DNA of 51,435 nt from Candidatus Krumholzibacteriota bacterium (lineage in GTDB: Bacteria; Krumholzibacteriota; Krumholzibacteriia; Krumholzibacteriales; Krumholzibacteriaceae), in assembly GCA_016926065.1 (NCBI GenBank), contig JAFGPI010000053.1, positions 1-51,435 of the forward strand, given 5' to 3'. How positions within the stretch are numbered: position 1 is the stretch's first letter; every line of letters starts with the position of its first letter. The notes beneath the pieces are model-generated. The model had not been told where the DNA came from and made no database searches. It saw only the letters and a program-made list of their open reading frames with translations. Shown here piece by piece: positions 36,836 through 46,381 of this stretch. The position numbers and the translations under genes are program-made.

Positions 36836-39800
36836 GAACCGTTTTCACCTCCCCCACATAATCTTTCTCCCTCCGTCCCGTGTAATTCACACCGAAACTT
36901 ATATTGCGGGTGAAACGGTACTGGCCGATCAGGCTCCAATCCTGGCGCAGGCCTTCCTCCAGGAAAAAAAGCGGCTTGCCCTCTCCCGCCTTCACGTCGG
37001 TGTAGGTGAATTTCAGATAGGCGGTCAGGTGTATCTTCTTGCCCACGGACGAGTTCAGGGAAGGCACTCCCAGGAAGGAAATCTGCTCGGTCCGGGAGAC
37101 CTCGTCCCGTCTGTCCTCCAGTCCCAGTTCGAAGGATAATCTGATGGACGGCCGGGCCTTGTAGGCGAGAACCTGCGACGCCGAACGGCTCTCCACGCGG
37201 TACTGCTGTTCCCCCCGGCGCTGCGAATTCCGGTCCCTCAGGTTAGTCCCCAACTCCCAGGAGAGCGAGAGGGACTTGCCGGTGATGGCCTCGGCGCGGA
37301 GTCTGAGTTCCCGGTTGTAAACGGCGGTGGATATCCCCTCCGAACGGTTATCTTCTTCATCCTCCCGGGAAAAGGTGAAACGGAGGTTGAATTTTTTCAC
37401 ATTATTGAAAAAACTCCATTCCTGTCTCAAGCTGTTCTTGCCGTACAGGGTCACGCCATCACTCTGCAGTAGGGAGGGATCGAGCGAATATAACCGCCAG
37501 AGTCGATCGGTGGTGGATCTTTCAAGAACGGAGAAAAAATGATCCAGGGACAGGTTGCGGCGGATCTTTCCGATCCATCCCCCTCCCGAGGAACCTTCCC
37601 CCAGTCCGCGCAAGCCCGAGCCCACACTGGTCCTCCAGGTTAGCTCCACCGACCGCACCGCCTCCGCCTGGATTCCGGGAAGGTACAGAACCATATAGTC
37701 GCCTCTCTTCTGTCCCACCTCCCGGCCCTCCTTATCGTAGTCTCCCTCATTCTCTCCCACGAAGATAACCGCTCTCTCCAGTTTCCGGTCTTCCCCGGAG
37801 CTGATGCGATAACCGATATCCGAGGTGATTCCCGCCCTTTCCCAGTTATGCCGATAACGGATTCTGGCCAGGTCGTGGGAGCTCTCCGCCCGGGAGGCCA
37901 GGTATCTGGTCTCCTGATGAGTGAGAAAAAGATCTACCAGCATAGAGCCGCCGGTATATCCTCCCTCGAACCGCACCTCATCGTTTTCCCGGTCCCGCCG
38001 CCACAGTCCCCCCCGGGGTTCCAGGGCATCGGTTCTTCTCCGGCTATAACTTAGACCGCTTTTGAATTTTCCGATCCGATGACCGGAAAGGGCGATGATG
38101 TTCCGGTAATAATACCTTCCGGTATCGGCCGCGCTGGATGAGAAAGCCCGGTACCGCTCGCTGTCGAATTGCAGGGTGGGCAAAAGATGCCAGAAGGCCA
38201 GGGACCCCTTTGCCAGAGCGTAGCGCCGGTCACGGTTACCGGTTGATTTCGAATCGAAGGCGTGCAGCCTCAGCCCCCTGAAATTCTCATCCCCGGCCCG
38301 GGCCCTGATCTCGCCTTTACGCGCCGATATATCCCCCCGGGAGAGTCGGCTGTATTCGGTTTCCACATCCCAGGCGCTTTCCCCTCTCCAGTTCAGGTTC
38401 AGGCCGGTAATCCTTTCCCTTCCAGTCAGGGGGCTGTTTTCCAGATTCCAGTTCCGGTAGAAGTACGATTCCCTGGTTTTATCCGGCGACACGAACCGTT
38501 CCTCCAGACTTGAATACTGTCCGCTGAGGGAAAGCCGGGTGGAGGACAATTCCAGATCCCGGATACCCCCGCTCAGCTTCAGGGCCCCTCCGGTATTATC
38601 TTCATCATTCCGGGAAGAAAGGGTGTTCTTATCGTATTGACTTATATTCCCTTCCGTCTGCAGGAAGAAAATGCCCCTCCCCGCGTCCAATCCCAGGCTC
38701 ATCACCCGCTTGCGCTGGGGGAGCGGAAGCGGCCGGCCGATTGCGTAATCGCCCCGGCCTTCGCCCGCGTAGGCGTACTTCACCCTTCCCAGCCTGGTGA
38801 AGCCGTCCGTCCGGTAATTACCCTCTCCCCCGGCGGCCCGGTAAAAGGACAGTATGTACCGTCCGCCGCTCTCCACGAATTCATAATGCTCCGGTGTGAT
38901 AGAATCGGCCGCAACCAATAGGTAGGCGTCGTTTGCAACCTCCACTTCCTCGATTCCGGGGGCCAGGGCTTTGCGGGAGTCGTCCCCGGCCTCCCGGAGC
39001 AGTTCCTCCTCCTCACCGCTCAGACTTCCCCTCACCGGATCATCCGGATTATCGCTTTCTTGAAATAAGAAGGTGCGCAGCAGTACCTTTTCACCCGCCA
39101 AGGAAGAGGTGATGCCCGCCACCGTGGTGGTTCTCTGATAGTTGTCCTCTCCCATCTGGAAATCGATTACGATCTCCGAATCTTCCGTGATTGCCGTCCT
39201 CTCGGTAAAAGTAACGGTGCCGCGGTTGTAATCGATAATATAGTCATTCTCACTCCCTCGCTTGAGCCTCCTTCCATCCAGAAAAACCGTTTCCGTCCCC
39301 GGTAGAACCACGATCCCGTTGAACCTGGTGATATCCAGCAATTCATAGGGACCCTGCACTCCGATCCGCCCGCGGAAATTGACCGTTTCGAACCTTCCCT
39401 TGGCTATCCCCCCCCCGGCGAAAATCGACTGGTTACCCAGGGCAACCTTCGACGTGGCCCCTCTCAGTTCCCTTTGAAAAGCGGAAAACCTGGACCATTC
39501 CAGTCCGGTCTGAAAATCGCCCAGTTGAGTTTCGGTATGCCTGCTCTTGATTTGAATCGATACCTTGTCGAGGTGTTTGAGCTCTTCCGTATTCCCTTCC
39601 GGTTGAACCGGCAAATCATCGTCGGTGAGGAAGGCCCTGACCTCCAGATCCTCGGCCAGTTTACCCACCATGGTGACTTTGAGGCTCTGATCGATCCCCA
39701 ATCCCCGGTCTGATCCCACCGAGAAACCCACCGTCTTGCTGCCTGAAAACCTGAGCCGGTAGGGACTTATCTTCCCCTCTCCGGCCCGGGAATCCCGCGC

Positions 39801-40232
39801 CGCGGCCGGGGCAGGGGCCGGAAACGGCTGGCCTCCCGGAAAACGCGCCGCGAAGACCGGAGTGAAGGAGAAGGGATAGCTGATCCAAGAGACCGACAGC
39901 TTCTCCCCTCCTTCTCCCGGCTCTACCAAAAGCAGGGTGCCGTTAAGGTAATTGATCCGGTAATCCACCTCCCGCTGCAGCGGGCGCCCATCCAGAAAGA
40001 CGGAATCGCTGGCGGAGGAAATAAAAACATTTTGCAGATCGAGTTGCCGCTGTCCGGGGAGGAGGATGAATATTTTAGCGCGGCGGTAGAGTTCCCGCAC
40101 CGGAGCCCGGCCACGTACCGTAGCGGAGGGATTTGCCTTGGCCCGGGCCGTTCCCTGGGGAGTAAGCATGCCGGCGTAAATCGCCACAACCAAAATCGCC
40201 ATTACTCGCACAGTAACTCGCCGCATCTTCAT
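36801..40232 (-). CDS. 1143-aa predicted outer-membrane beta-barrel protein, function unknown (possible SprA-family relative)
   Basis: Signal peptide ending ARA/KA. An internal repeat occurs twice, VFLDGRPLQREVDYRINYLNGTLLLV and VFLDGRRLKRGSENDYIIDYNRGTVTFT. The long R/Y/S/E-rich alternating region is typical of large barrels, and the protein ends in the beta-signal ...ESRAYF. Confidence 0.6.
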   Translation of the reverse strand: MKMRRVTVRVMAILVVAIYAGMLTPQGTARAKANPSATVRGRAPVRELYRRAKIFILLPGQRQLDLQNVFISSASDSVFLDGRPLQREVDYRINYLNGTLLLVEPGEGGEKLSVSWISYPFSFTPVFAARFPGGQPFPAPAPAAARDSRAGEGKISPYRLRFSGSKTVGFSVGSDRGLGIDQSLKVTMVGKLAEDLEVRAFLTDDDLPVQPEGNTEELKHLDKVSIQIKSRHTETQLGDFQTGLEWSRFSAFQRELRGATSKVALGNQSIFAGGGIAKGRFETVNFRGRIGVQGPYELLDITRFNGIVVLPGTETVFLDGRRLKRGSENDYIIDYNRGTVTFTERTAITEDSEIVIDFQMGEDNYQRTTTVAGITSSLAGEKVLLRTFLFQESDNPDDPVRGSLSGEEEELLREAGDDSRKALAPGIEEVEVANDAYLLVAADSITPEHYEFVESGGRYILSFYRAAGGEGNYRTDGFTRLGRVKYAYAGEGRGDYAIGRPLPLPQRKRVMSLGLDAGRGIFFLQTEGNISQYDKNTLSSRNDEDNTGGALKLSGGIRDLELSSTRLSLSGQYSSLEERFVSPDKTRESYFYRNWNLENSPLTGRERITGLNLNWRGESAWDVETEYSRLSRGDISARKGEIRARAGDENFRGLRLHAFDSKSTGNRDRRYALAKGSLAFWHLLPTLQFDSERYRAFSSSAADTGRYYYRNIIALSGHRIGKFKSGLSYSRRRTDALEPRGGLWRRDRENDEVRFEGGYTGGSMLVDLFLTHQETRYLASRAESSHDLARIRYRHNWERAGITSDIGYRISSGEDRKLERAVIFVGENEGDYDKEGREVGQKRGDYMVLYLPGIQAEAVRSVELTWRTSVGSGLRGLGEGSSGGGWIGKIRRNLSLDHFFSVLERSTTDRLWRLYSLDPSLLQSDGVTLYGKNSLRQEWSFFNNVKKFNLRFTFSREDEEDNRSEGISTAVYNRELRLRAEAITGKSLSLSWELGTNLRDRNSQRRGEQQYRVESRSASQVLAYKARPSIRLSFELGLEDRRDEVSRTEQISFLGVPSLNSSVGKKIHLTAYLKFTYTDVKAGEGKPLFFLEEGLRQDWSLIGQYRFTRNISFGVNYTGRREKDYVGEVKTVHALKMESRAYF

Positions 40233-41164
40233 TTAGGGGAATAAATCAATTTATAGAGAAGGATAGATCTCGATTTGAGATCGGCCACGTAAAGAACATC
40301 GTCCCATCCGATAGCGGCGGAGGAAGGCGCAATCTCCCTCTCCCGGCAGGAATCAATGTCAAAAAGGTAATCTCCGGAAAGGGAAAAAACCGATATCCTG
40401 CCCGCTTTCGTATCCGCGATGAATATATTGCCGGACCGGTCCGCGCACACCGACCGGGGGACGCTAAATTCCCTGCCGCCCGGAAGGATCAGGGTTTTTT
40501 CGTATCTTCCGGCCGGGGAAAAGATTTGCGCTCGCCGGTTACCCACTTCAGCAACCACGTAACCTTCATCCGGTAAGACGGCAGTTTTAAACGGCTTATT
40601 GAGGCTGCCCGCATCCAGTCCGAACTCGCCTATGCTAATATCTATATCCAGTAAAGGGGAAAAGACGGTCACCCGATGATTCTCGATATCGGTGACCACC
40701 ATGTTACCACCCGGCCCGCAGGTGAGGGAATTAGGGCGCATCCTCTCATATTCGGTGAAGGAGATCAAGATATCCAGGTAGGCGCCCCGGTAATCGTATC
40801 TCAGCACCCGGTTTTGGGCATAATCCAGAACATATATGAAGGAACCGAAAACCGCCGCATCTATCGGATAAATAGAGGCGTCTAGGGGCGGTTGTTCGAA
40901 CTCGACCGATTCTCCCCCCGGTGAATAACGGAATATCTTTCCGGCCATGGCGTCCGCCACGTAGACATAGCCCCGCGGATCGGCGCACAGTCCCAGGGGT
41001 TCCCTTAATTCTTCCTTTCCGAAACTTGTATCCAGGGATTTGATCCGCAGTTCAACGGCCGGGGGGGAAACCGCGTGAACGCTGTCCCCGGGGGCGGCGG
41101 CGGCCGGTGACACCGGTCCCCGGACCATAAATAAAACCAGGGCGGGAAGCAGCAATTTCCCCAT
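40229..41164 (-). CDS. Periplasmic or secreted NHL-repeat beta-propeller protein
   Basis: Signal peptide followed by six NHL-like blades (YVYVADAMAGKIFRY, IYVLDYAQNRVLRY, MVVTDIENHRVTVF, YVVAEVGNRRAQIF, IFIADTKAGRISVF, LYVADLKSRSILLY). Its stop overlaps the next start (ATGA). Confidence 0.8.
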   Translation of the reverse strand: MGKLLLPALVLFMVRGPVSPAAAAPGDSVHAVSPPAVELRIKSLDTSFGKEELREPLGLCADPRGYVYVADAMAGKIFRYSPGGESVEFEQPPLDASIYPIDAAVFGSFIYVLDYAQNRVLRYDYRGAYLDILISFTEYERMRPNSLTCGPGGNMVVTDIENHRVTVFSPLLDIDISIGEFGLDAGSLNKPFKTAVLPDEGYVVAEVGNRRAQIFSPAGRYEKTLILPGGREFSVPRSVCADRSGNIFIADTKAGRISVFSLSGDYLFDIDSCREREIAPSSAAIGWDDVLYVADLKSRSILLYKLIYSPK

Positions 41165-41198
41165 TAGAAGCTCATTGAAATAACAGCCGGTAACTAGG

Positions 41199-42050
41199 TT
41201 AAAAGGACCGGTTAATTGATAATATAAATCCCCCGGGTTGATGATCGATATCCACGGATATACCTCCCCCGCTTTGAGCTTCGGCGGCGTTGGTGTCCCG
41301 GGCGACCTTGACGGCGTCGACCATGCTTACCACCCTCAGTCCCATGGCGAAGAATAGGGCGTATACCGCTCTTCTTCTCGACTCCGAATTCCCCTCCCGG
41401 AGGGAGTTATAGTAATGGTACGCTTTATCCGATTCCCAGCGCCAGGCCATGCCGGCCGGGATCATGTTCTCCCGGTAATAAGCATCTATTTGATTCTGGT
41501 CCGGAAAAAAGAGATCTCTGGCTTCCTCCAGCACACTTTCGTTATATCCCCCGGGGCCGTCACTACTCATGTAGTTACCCAAATGTTCGTAATAATCATC
41601 CCCATGGCCGGTTCCCTGCACCGAGGCAAAGGCCACGGCATAATCCTCAAAGGCATTTCTCTTGGCGTGCGCCTGCCATAAAAAGGCCCCGGCTCCGATC
41701 CAGGCCAGGGCGTCCAGGCTGAAGAATATCTTGGATCTGGTATTTCTGCCCATGCGGTGCTGCCCCCATCCGGGAAGCAATAAACTCGCTAATCCCTCCC
41801 GCACCTTGGAGCGGGGAAAGGATTCCCCGCCGGAACCGCTCGATCCGGTCCCTCCTTCCAGTAAGGAGGCTCCGTATCCCACCTTGACCGGGGAGCTTTC
41901 CGAGTTTATTTCGGGAAAAAAGGATTGAACTTTACCGTCCAGATCGATTTCCATCTTCCCAGCGTCAGAGGGCTCCAACGGAAAAGAAGCACCGGCCGCC
42001 GGGGTGGTCAACATCGAAATCAGAATCGTGTATATCAATATCTTTTTCAA
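41199..42050 (-). CDS. Envelope protein, DUF5683-like (paralog 2)
   Basis: Signal peptide, SLLLPGWGQ helix, an aromatic/acidic-rich insert, RVVSMVDAVKVAR, and a C-terminus ending ...ILSINRSF. The family assignment is from memory of the PGxGQ...(I/V)DA pattern only. Confidence 0.5.
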   Translation of the reverse strand: MKKILIYTILISMLTTPAAGASFPLEPSDAGKMEIDLDGKVQSFFPEINSESSPVKVGYGASLLEGGTGSSGSGGESFPRSKVREGLASLLLPGWGQHRMGRNTRSKIFFSLDALAWIGAGAFLWQAHAKRNAFEDYAVAFASVQGTGHGDDYYEHLGNYMSSDGPGGYNESVLEEARDLFFPDQNQIDAYYRENMIPAGMAWRWESDKAYHYYNSLREGNSESRRRAVYALFFAMGLRVVSMVDAVKVARDTNAAEAQSGGGISVDIDHQPGGFILSINRSF

Positions 42051-42061
42051 TCAATTTCCCC

Positions 42062-43060
42062 CTAGAAATGGTAACTGATACCGATCGACGCCGTTTGGGT
42101 TCCGGACTCGATATCCAGTCCCCAACCCTGGTTGTCCACCTCTCCCTTATTCATCCGGTAGGCCAAATAACCGGCGTCAATCATGGAAACCACGCGGTTG
42201 ATCAAGGTAAACATCAGGTACTGGTCCGCCCGGACCAAAAATTTATCGCTTTCGCCCCGCAATTCCCAGTAATAACTCCTATTCGGGCTCCAGGGCTCAA
42301 AATTATCGTAATCACCGTCCCAATCATCCCAACCGAAAGCAAAGGCGTCGTATTTTCCGCAATTTTCATAGTATTCCTCCTCATCCAGATACTTGGGGAT
42401 GTAGAGGAAAAACCAGGTTCCGGTAACGTAGGCCTCCCGGTTGTACTGTTGCCAATCGGTGCAACCTCCTATGCCGTCACAAAAGGGATGCTGCAGCAGG
42501 AATCGCTCCTCGCTCCAATGGGCGTCGCAGAAGCGCTGATATCTGCTTTTATAATCCTTTCCCTTGTCGTAATTGGTTTTGTACTTATACCAGCTGTATC
42601 CCTCCATGGCCATGAAAGCGCATCCCCGGGCCAGGACGGAGAACCTATGGGAGTGGGAATAAAGATAGATTTCTCCCAGGCCCGGCAAGACAGCGGAGGC
42701 CAGTACCGATATGGCTACGCGCTTTTTCCCTCCGGAGCTCATCCCGGCGGCGGGGGGGGCCGGGAAGGACCGTCCCCGGGAAGATACCGGCGGATTGGCG
42801 CTGGAGATCCTCCGGCCGGTAAGTTTCAGGGTTTCTTGGTGCTTGAATCTCTCCAGATCAAATATTTCTTCTCCAAAAACGGAGGGATATGTTTCCTCCC
42901 GTTCGTGCGGTATCGACAGGGTGCGCACTTCCGCCGGCAGGGAACGGATCCTCCCCGTCCCCTCCCCGGTCAAGCCCGCGCGCACCGGTAGCGCCACCCC
43001 CAGAAACAAACTCAGCGGAATTAATATCGATCTGATCGTACGGCGGTATCGGGAAGGCAT
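42062..43060 (-). CDS. Envelope protein, DUF5683-like (paralog 1)
   Basis: Signal peptide, SAVLPGLGE helix, a W/Y/D/E/C-rich insert, NRVVSMIDAGYLAYR, and a C-terminus ending ...IGISYHF. Same architecture as the 283-aa neighbour. Confidence 0.5.
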   Translation of the reverse strand: MPSRYRRTIRSILIPLSLFLGVALPVRAGLTGEGTGRIRSLPAEVRTLSIPHEREETYPSVFGEEIFDLERFKHQETLKLTGRRISSANPPVSSRGRSFPAPPAAGMSSGGKKRVAISVLASAVLPGLGEIYLYSHSHRFSVLARGCAFMAMEGYSWYKYKTNYDKGKDYKSRYQRFCDAHWSEERFLLQHPFCDGIGGCTDWQQYNREAYVTGTWFFLYIPKYLDEEEYYENCGKYDAFAFGWDDWDGDYDNFEPWSPNRSYYWELRGESDKFLVRADQYLMFTLINRVVSMIDAGYLAYRMNKGEVDNQGWGLDIESGTQTASIGISYHF

Positions 43061-43075
43061 TATCCTCCTCCAGTA

Positions 43076-46000
43076 TCAGTTCACGATAGCGAATTTCTTG
43101 CTGGTCTCGACGGTGCTGCCCCGGGAAGTAATGACCAATCTGCATATATATATGCCGGAAACTTTTCCGGCCATGGATACGGTGAATTCATCATCTCCCC
43201 CGGAAAGGGCCTTGCTCAGCTCCAGGATCAATTCACCGCTAAGATTCATTATCTGCAAGCGGGCGTCCCCCCGATCCGGCGCCTGGAAGTGAAAACCGAT
43301 GCGGTCCCCGGCAGAGGGATTGGGGTAGATGATCAGGTTTCGTTCCAAATCCGTCCAGGAGTTCCGGGCGGCCGCGGTGAATCCCCTCGCGGGCTGCGCG
43401 AAAGCAGTGCGCGCGAGATCTCCATAGAGGCTGGTCCAGCAACGATCCAGGGAACCCGCTCCAAAGGGACCGGCCCGCCATTTTATGACTCCCCCCGCAG
43501 GCCGGAAATCGTAAAAAGGATTCTCTCCCCGGTTATACAGGGCATCCAGGTACATAAAAACCGGTTTACCGGCGGGGGACATCAGATCCAGGGGTTGATC
43601 AAACGCACCGGCGATCCTCTTGGGGTATCCGGCTACCAGTTCACCCGCATGATCGAATATATAGATAATCCCGATATCGGTGCCGGCCACCACCCAGGAA
43701 CCCGATCGCTGGGAAGCCGTGGTCAGGGAAACCGATACCCGGACCGTAACCGGCAAATCATAGATTTCGTTCAGCACCCGGGGCCAACCGGTGACGTTGG
43801 CTCCGGAGGGACTAATCACCTGTATGGAATATCCATCGGTATAGATTAGATCGATCCAACCGTCGCCGTTAATATCCTGCAGCGCCGGGATTCCGGTGAT
43901 CGGCTTCCGGTTATTCTTTTGATAGAGGACGCCGTTCAGGCCGCAGAGAATGATTTTGCCCGTCTCCAGGGATACGATATATACCTCATTTCCGTTCCGC
44001 CCGGGATTGATATCTCCTCCCAGCAATACCAGCGCTCCCTGGAGCTCGGCGGCGGTTAGATCGAGATGGTGATTGAACCACGTATCCGGCACCAGCTCGG
44101 CGGAGACAATATTGAACCGGCTCAAGGTGGCGCCCTGGATATAATCATCCGGCGCCCTTAAAACGAACAATCCGGAAGCGGCCCGGTGGGTATCCGATTG
44201 CACCACCAGATTACCGATTATTACAGACGCTCCGTCCGGCGGCGCCGGAGAACCGTTTTTCTCGATCCCATCGTTTCCCATCAAATGCAGGTAGCCTTTA
44301 ATATCCGCCGCCGCCACGCAGGGACCCGCCTCCGTGTTTAACACCACCGGGTGGGTGCACAGGGAGTCGAGCTGCACCGGCCAGGCGCCCGTGCATTCCT
44401 GGTAGGAACCCTCCCGCAGGGCGTGTATCAGGCCGCTTTTCTCCCCCACGATAACCGCTCCTCCGCCCAGGGCATTATCGAAATCCTCCGCCCGGGCCGC
44501 CGGAGTGAGCGCGGCCGATCCCAGTGTAAAAACGGGATTTTCCCGTCCCGCCACCCAGCCCCGGCCGTCCACATCGATCATAAGCGTTTGGAAATCTTCC
44601 TCCAGGGGAAGCAATCCCCGGGGAGCGATGGGTGAATGATAGGGGAAGGGAGTGGATCGCCGCAGATCGCGGACTCCCCCTCCGAAAGTCATCAGGGTAT
44701 CGCGCGCCGAGACATTTTCGATACTCACTCCGGTGGGGACGTTCCAATGGCTCCAGGAGGCGGGCATGCTCGAATCGCACAGCAGGCTGGCGTTGCCTTC
44801 ATAAAACGCGTCGTCATACCATCCCATATGGAAGCGCGAATAGGGATTGCCCAGATCCACTATGCCGCTGGCTTCGACCAACGACACGCCAAAGGGCCAG
44901 AGTGAGTTGACCTCGTTCGCCTGCCAGCGGCGGGCCACGAAATACTCGTTAATGTGCCAGACCAGTATTCCCGGACCGCCGTCCACCGCCGGGACGCTGG
45001 ATTCGGTCGGCAGGAACAAATCATACCCGTTGGTCGGCTCCCACAGGGGTTCATCGGGATATTCCGACCCGCCGCAATTGAGGCAATTTCCCGTTCCCAA
45101 AACCACCCCGGTCAGCGAATCGAACATCAGGCCGGTATAAAGATCGTCCAATTCGGATACCCGGTTCTCCACCAGGTAAAACTCATCCTGGGCGATATCT
45201 ATGCGCACGATACGGGCGGGACATTTTTCCACCGCGGAAAGGGAAATCAGATCCTCATAAGTCCTGACCGTGTCCACCTCCACCCAGCCCAACAGATATC
45301 TCGACCAGGCCGATAATCCGCCGGGGATAAAACCTTCGGAGTAGTACTGTTTTTCGCTCACCGGATCATAGAGATAGGCTCCCAGCTGCCCCCCGCTGTC
45401 CATATTGTCCCATCCCCCGACGATCGGCATGTTATTGTAGATATCGTAGAGGTCTGGAAGACCCAGGGCGTGTCCGAATTCATGAGCGTACACGGCGGCC
45501 ACGCCACCGTAGAATCCATCCTGGATGGCGGTCTCGGGAACCACCGACAGGTCGGTGATAACCGTCGCTCCCCCGTCCACCACGATCTCGTCTCCGTCCC
45601 CCAGGCTCACGAAGAAGGAGGGAATATCGCTGGAACTGTTGGCCCTGACATCGCTTTGCAGGTTGGCTCCGGCGTGAACGATCAGGTAGGCGTCATAATC
45701 GCTGAAGCGCACCGGATAACCGGCTTCGCGCAGCCCCTGGTCGGCGGCCGCCATGGCGGCCTGTACAAAGTGCACCAGCATCTCCACCGTCCAATACCCG
45801 GAGCAACCGGGACCGTAATCGGCAATATCAGTCAGCTGGTAGCTCAACGTGTCTTCGGAGGGCAGCACATCTCCGGTTATTTCCAGCCTGCCGCACGATT
45901 GAAAATCGTAATAGGCGCTCATCGCTTGCAGGTGGGCCTCGAAATAGGCCTTGTCGTGAGGGGTGGGATCGATCGGCGAGGTTCCGTTCGGGGTGAGGTT

Positions 46001-46357
46001 GAATTTTCCGTCGCCGGTGGTACAGGAACCCAGCCGGTCCCTCTTGAAAGATACCCGGATCAAGGCCACCCGCCTGATACCTTCCACCGGTTTCGCCCCC
46101 AGCAAGCGCCGGCCATCGGGGGAGAATCGCGCGGCCGGCCTTTTCTGGGTTACCATATCGAAATTAAAGGATCGTTGTTTTCCCGCTTCCGGCGGAGCGC
46201 TTCTCCACTCGCCGGGCCGCGGAACATAGCCCGAAGCGGTCCGCTCCAGAACCCTCACCTGGCGCCCTTCCCCTCCCGCAGGAGCCGCGGCCAGCAGGAA
46301 CGGAATAACGATGGATAAGATAACGCCAACTGGTCTGAACAATCGGGTCACTGCCAA
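43076..46357 (-). CDS. M6 (immune inhibitor A-like) zinc metalloprotease with a T9SS C-terminal sorting domain
   Basis: HEFGHALGLPDLYD (HExxH plus the M6-type GLPD(L/E)Y), an FG-GAP/VCBS-like DINGDGWIDLIYTDG, and the C-terminal IYPNPSAGDRIGF...MNLSGELI...VSGIYICRL. 1093 aa, TTG or GTG start. Confidence 0.8.
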   Translation of the reverse strand: MAVTRLFRPVGVILSIVIPFLLAAAPAGGEGRQVRVLERTASGYVPRPGEWRSAPPEAGKQRSFNFDMVTQKRPAARFSPDGRRLLGAKPVEGIRRVALIRVSFKRDRLGSCTTGDGKFNLTPNGTSPIDPTPHDKAYFEAHLQAMSAYYDFQSCGRLEITGDVLPSEDTLSYQLTDIADYGPGCSGYWTVEMLVHFVQAAMAAADQGLREAGYPVRFSDYDAYLIVHAGANLQSDVRANSSSDIPSFFVSLGDGDEIVVDGGATVITDLSVVPETAIQDGFYGGVAAVYAHEFGHALGLPDLYDIYNNMPIVGGWDNMDSGGQLGAYLYDPVSEKQYYSEGFIPGGLSAWSRYLLGWVEVDTVRTYEDLISLSAVEKCPARIVRIDIAQDEFYLVENRVSELDDLYTGLMFDSLTGVVLGTGNCLNCGGSEYPDEPLWEPTNGYDLFLPTESSVPAVDGGPGILVWHINEYFVARRWQANEVNSLWPFGVSLVEASGIVDLGNPYSRFHMGWYDDAFYEGNASLLCDSSMPASWSHWNVPTGVSIENVSARDTLMTFGGGVRDLRRSTPFPYHSPIAPRGLLPLEEDFQTLMIDVDGRGWVAGRENPVFTLGSAALTPAARAEDFDNALGGGAVIVGEKSGLIHALREGSYQECTGAWPVQLDSLCTHPVVLNTEAGPCVAAADIKGYLHLMGNDGIEKNGSPAPPDGASVIIGNLVVQSDTHRAASGLFVLRAPDDYIQGATLSRFNIVSAELVPDTWFNHHLDLTAAELQGALVLLGGDINPGRNGNEVYIVSLETGKIILCGLNGVLYQKNNRKPITGIPALQDINGDGWIDLIYTDGYSIQVISPSGANVTGWPRVLNEIYDLPVTVRVSVSLTTASQRSGSWVVAGTDIGIIYIFDHAGELVAGYPKRIAGAFDQPLDLMSPAGKPVFMYLDALYNRGENPFYDFRPAGGVIKWRAGPFGAGSLDRCWTSLYGDLARTAFAQPARGFTAAARNSWTDLERNLIIYPNPSAGDRIGFHFQAPDRGDARLQIMNLSGELILELSKALSGGDDEFTVSMAGKVSGIYICRLVITSRGSTVETSKKFAIVN

Positions 46358-46381
46358 ATCTTTTTGCCTTTCCCAGGGGAA

